This document shows, in pieces, positions 60,451 to 64,000 of a DNA stretch of 64,000 nucleotides; position 1 is the first letter of the stretch; each line of letters opens with the position of its first letter. The notes under the pieces were generated by a model that was not told where the DNA came from, made no database searches, and saw only the letters and a program-made list of their open reading frames with translations. The stretch comes from Rhodospirillaceae bacterium (GTDB lineage: Bacteria; Pseudomonadota; Alphaproteobacteria; CACIAM-22H2). The stretch lies in assembly GCA_027490975.1 (NCBI GenBank), contig JAIXXA010000145.1:5723-69722 (forward strand). The letters run 5' to 3'. The translations under genes were made by a program, and so were the position numbers.

Positions 60451-60495
60451 TGGTGAGCCCGCCGGGACTCGAACCCGGAATCCCTGCATCAAAAG
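60451..60495 (-). repeat. Copy of tRNA 3'-end segment (anticodon-loop-like to CCA) without the tRNA 5' half
   Basis: Reverse complement reads …cttttgatgcagggattCCGGGTTCGAGTCCCGGCGGGCTCACCA; lies in an AT-rich spacer. Confidence 0.6.
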
Positions 60496-60732
60496 TTTTG
60501 GAATTATCTATATATTTCAATGACGTTCTCCGCCTGAAACGTCAGAATCGCGCAGATTCTGTTAAGATCGTGCCGTGCTTGACCGCTCAGGCCGCCTGTA
60601 GCTTCCGGCGAACAATGCCACGCACATTCGAGATGCAGCACAAGCCGATCTGCTCGAAGGACAGATTTGACGGTTCATCGTCAGACGGCGGTCGCGTACG
60701 TTATGTAAATGCGGAACGGCGAAAAAGCGGGC

Positions 60733-61275
60733 TCAATCGTCTATCAGCGCAATGAAGTCATTCAAGAAGGGCTTCGCCGAATTTTGTAACCCGCTCTTGG
60801 CGTCAGCCGCCGGATGGATTGATATGCGCCGCAGAAAACACAGTATCGAGGTCACCTGTTCTGCGCCAAACGGGAGCAATAGCCGCTCGAATTCGACTGG
60901 ATACCCTTGCACGGCCTCACGATGAAGCTTCGAGTAAACCGGCTTTCCCGACGAAACAACCACACTGTAGTCCCGAAGGATAGAGTCGCTCATTTCCGGC
61001 GGGAGTACGTCGTCGAGCAGACGCCCGGTAAAGTTCCCGCCGTCGGATGCTACGGCATGTTCGCCGTGGACGCGGAACCGATAGCCAATTCGGCCGTCGC
61101 TCCTTTCCACATCGTACAAGATAATGTTCGGCCACCAACGCGCGATGTCTTCGGGGTAAAAATCCGTCCGACTTGGCCACCGGCGATCTCGACGCAACGC
61201 GATCCACCATTCCACCAGGTTCTTGGCTTCTCCCGGCTGGATTGCCGCAGCAATGGTGGCAATGGGATACGGCAT
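60733..61275 (-). CDS. PAS_5-type small protein, paralog 4
   Basis: Same family architecture as 12341, 13026 and 52508. Confidence 0.55.
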   Translation of the reverse strand: MPYPIATIAAAIQPGEAKNLVEWWIALRRDRRWPSRTDFYPEDIARWWPNIILYDVERSDGRIGYRFRVHGEHAVASDGGNFTGRLLDDVLPPEMSDSILRDYSVVVSSGKPVYSKLHREAVQGYPVEFERLLLPFGAEQVTSILCFLRRISIHPAADAKSGLQNSAKPFLNDFIALIDD

Positions 61276-61426
61276 CGATCGGTCCTGCTGGGTTTGTGCC
61301 GAGGTCAGAAATCGCGCACTTCAATCGAATACGTGTTGGACGTCTTGCTTGCCATGGCGCTGCTTTCCCAAGAGTTAGAGTCTCCGGCAACGCCGTAGCA
61401 GGTTAGAAAGGCGGTTCCGGACCGCC

Positions 61427-63778
61427 TCATGCCGCTTTGCTGCGCTCCACGAAGTTGAGCCAACCCGAATCCTCGGAGATCTCTAGAAACGCGACATGCG
61501 CATAGCCGTCCGCAATCGAGCGCGCAACAAACCTAATTGGTGCAAAGTATCCGTCGATCGTCAAAGTGTCGCTTTGCCCTGGAGTCAACGCAGCAGCACC
61601 AGTCAATTTTGCACCCGCAGCCGAGAGATCCACAAGCGACACGCTCGCACCGCTGCCCAGCCGCCCACGAAGCGAGACCTCGTGCCGAGTAAACATGCGC
61701 CTGTCCGCCTCGGCAGTTGATGTACGCACCACGCGAACCAGCGCTGCCCGCAAGTCCTCGATGTTCTGAGTGACCCCCGTCACCGCCGTCCGGATATCGA
61801 CGGATTGACGGCCGACAGAATCCGCGTCGTTCGAGACCAGCGCAATCCGTTCTGCGATCTCCCGCGCCGCGTTGCTGGTTTCCCCAACATTGCGCGCGAT
61901 CTCTTGGGTCGCAGCTCCCTGCTCTTCAATCGCGGCTGCCACGGCGCCAGAAACGCCGTCGATTGAAGAAATTCGCGCCCCAATAGCGCCCACCGCTTCG
62001 ACTGCGGCGTTCGTAGCGGCGCGGATCTCCGCCACTTGCCGGTCGATGTCTTCGGTCGAGCGCGACGTCTGGTTTGCGAGATTCTTCACTTCCGACGCGA
62101 CAACCGCAAATCCCTTTCCAGCATCGCCGGCCCTCGCCGCCTCGATCGTCGCGTTCAATGCAAGAAGATTTGTCTGCCTCGCAATATCGCCGATCAACTT
62201 TGCGACTTCGGCAATCTTGCCGACGGCCAAAGACAATTCTTCGATCTTTTGCCGCGCATTTTCGCTTGTCGATACTGCAGCACGCGTTTCGCCGCTGGCA
62301 CGGCTGATCTGCGAGGATATTTCATGGATCGCACCGGACAATTGCCCTGCCGACGACGACACGCTCTGGACATTTGCCAACGCTTCTTCGGAGGCAGCGG
62401 CAACGGACTGGGAATTCTCCCCGACCGCGACAGCGCGCGACGCCATTTCCGCCACGACACGATCCACGTCGCGAGCGGACTGGGCGATTGTCTCAATCAC
62501 CGAATTCGTTTCGCGCTCGACGGTCTCAGCCATCTCACGCAGCGCCTGCCGCTTCAAGCGTTCCGCCTTTGTCGCGGCGACGGTCTGTTCTGCCTTCAGG
62601 CGCTCGTTCTCGACGGCACTGGCTTTGAAGACATTGACTGCGCCGGCCATAATGCCGATTTCATCTCGTCGATCCCCACCCGGAATGGACGCATTATGGT
62701 CGCCATCGGCGAGGTTCCGCATCGCCGCCGCCATCGCGAGGAGAGGTCGCACGATTTGCGCGCCAACCACCCAAAAAGAAAACATCGCAAGACCTAGGAC
62801 GACAGCGGCAACAGCCCCGGACTCGGCCAGTTTTGCCTGAGCAACTCCACTTTCGCGTTCAATTACGCGCCGGGCAAGCTGCGTCGCGGTCCCTTGCGCC
62901 GCAATGATCCGTTCAATTGCCGTCGTCGATTGCGCAAACCACTCCGGCGCCGTGATCGGATAAGGCTGCGAGGCGTTTGCAGCTGAAAAAACGCGTGTCC
63001 GCAACTGTCCGAATGTATCAAAATATGCGGCGCGCATATCCCCCAGTACGGACGCCAGTTCCTGGGGCACGCTGTCCCGCAGGACGTCGAGCCGGTTCCA
63101 AGCCAAGCTTATCTGGCCACGATTTTCGCCCTGCAAAAGAAACTGCAGGCCACTCAGCGGCTTGCCAGTCGCGATAACGCCAGCTACGCCGCCACGTTCA
63201 CGCCCGGCATATTCGCTCATCGAAGCAAGCAGTCCCTTGACCTCGAACAATGCGCGGATTTCGGGCGGGACTTCCGCATCGATCTGGCGCTCGAGACGCA
63301 TGCGAATGTCGCTGCTCGCAACGATGACCGAACTGATGGCTGGGAACCAATCCCGGATCAGTGCTTCATCGGCTGCGGTCGCTGCATCGACCCGTCCCCG
63401 AAGCGCGCCCAATTCTGCGATTCGCTGCGACAGGCGAACATGCTCCTGCCCCAAGGATGGGGGGAGCCCAGGCAAGGCTTTCATCATTTCGCCGGCTTGA
63501 GCGAACGCAGCATCCCCGGATGTCCGACGCTGCGCGACAGTCTGTCGCTGTGCAGATGTCGCGGCAACGGGATTGGAAATGATCGTGTTCGCCGTCCCGC
63601 GCTCGACGGCCCAATCGGCTGCGGCAGCCAGAAAACGATCCGCAATCTCGTTGATCGCCTGCGCTTGCGCGAGTGCATCGCGATATTCGACTGCACTCAT
63701 TGCACGCAGACCGACAAACATGAGGGCGACGATGCTGAGAATTGCAGTAAGGGAGAAAACCTTGATGCGGAGCGTCAT
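61427..63778 (-). CDS. Methyl-accepting chemotaxis protein with C-terminal PilZ domain (Tlp1-like)
   Basis: TM1, about 300-aa periplasmic domain, TM2, HAMP, MCP signalling domain, C-terminal RxxxR (RRMFTRHE) and DxSxxG (DLSAAGAKL) PilZ motifs. Confidence 0.8.
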   Translation of the reverse strand: MTLRIKVFSLTAILSIVALMFVGLRAMSAVEYRDALAQAQAINEIADRFLAAAADWAVERGTANTIISNPVAATSAQRQTVAQRRTSGDAAFAQAGEMMKALPGLPPSLGQEHVRLSQRIAELGALRGRVDAATAADEALIRDWFPAISSVIVASSDIRMRLERQIDAEVPPEIRALFEVKGLLASMSEYAGRERGGVAGVIATGKPLSGLQFLLQGENRGQISLAWNRLDVLRDSVPQELASVLGDMRAAYFDTFGQLRTRVFSAANASQPYPITAPEWFAQSTTAIERIIAAQGTATQLARRVIERESGVAQAKLAESGAVAAVVLGLAMFSFWVVGAQIVRPLLAMAAAMRNLADGDHNASIPGGDRRDEIGIMAGAVNVFKASAVENERLKAEQTVAATKAERLKRQALREMAETVERETNSVIETIAQSARDVDRVVAEMASRAVAVGENSQSVAAASEEALANVQSVSSSAGQLSGAIHEISSQISRASGETRAAVSTSENARQKIEELSLAVGKIAEVAKLIGDIARQTNLLALNATIEAARAGDAGKGFAVVASEVKNLANQTSRSTEDIDRQVAEIRAATNAAVEAVGAIGARISSIDGVSGAVAAAIEEQGAATQEIARNVGETSNAAREIAERIALVSNDADSVGRQSVDIRTAVTGVTQNIEDLRAALVRVVRTSTAEADRRMFTRHEVSLRGRLGSGASVSLVDLSAAGAKLTGAAALTPGQSDTLTIDGYFAPIRFVARSIADGYAHVAFLEISEDSGWLNFVERSKAA

Positions 63779-63984
63779 TTCTACTCTCCGTTTGTCGGTT
63801 TAGAATACGCGACGATAGCGACAGACAATTTAAGAGAACGTTAAAGCGATACCGCCTTGTCAGCAGCTACGGCCCTCCCGATAGCTGAGACGCGCCAGTG
63901 TCCCGCGCCGGTAAATGCAACCGGGCGAGACCGGCGTCAGCGAGAAGAGGCGGGCAATGGATGTACAACAAATATACAAATCGT

Positions 63985-64000
63985 TGGTGAGCCCGCCGGG
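63985..64000 (-). tRNA. 3' end (acceptor-CCA) of a minus-strand tRNA gene truncated by the window edge
   Basis: Window ends in tggtgagcccgccggg, identical to the start of the 60451 copy; body would lie beyond 64000. Confidence 0.45.

Overview
High-GC (roughly 65-67%) chromosomal segment with alphaproteobacterial gene content, possibly Rhodospirillales-like. Coding density is high, genes frequently overlap by ATGA/GTGA, and no rRNA genes, CRISPR arrays, transposases or integrases are visible. Housekeeping genes form the backbone: holB-tmk-dacC-rlpA-mltB, kdsB, sdhE-mfd divergent from recG, ppa, scoAB, and one intact tRNA-Ser(UGA). Signal-transduction and motility genes are unusually dense: seven histidine-kinase-type proteins (two with the phospho-accepting His replaced), three paralogous receiver domains, a CheB-CheR-PAS-HK mega-fusion, a CheZ-like phosphatase, one flagellin, two chemoreceptors (one with a C-terminal PilZ domain), a degenerate EAL-like protein and four alphaproteobacterial PAS_5-type small proteins. 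A five-gene minus-strand operon (acyl-CoA synthetase, SDR, NIPSNAP, acyl-CoA dehydrogenase, APH-family kinase) resembles the Pseudomonas lva 4-hydroxy-acid catabolic pathway. The last ~10 kb (54.3-64.0 kb) is bounded and subdivided by three direct copies of a tRNA 3'-end segment; it is AT-richer and packed with two-component and chemotaxis genes, which looks like nested, integrase-less genomic islets. Many long out-of-frame ORFs in the track are GC-rich artefacts and were not called.
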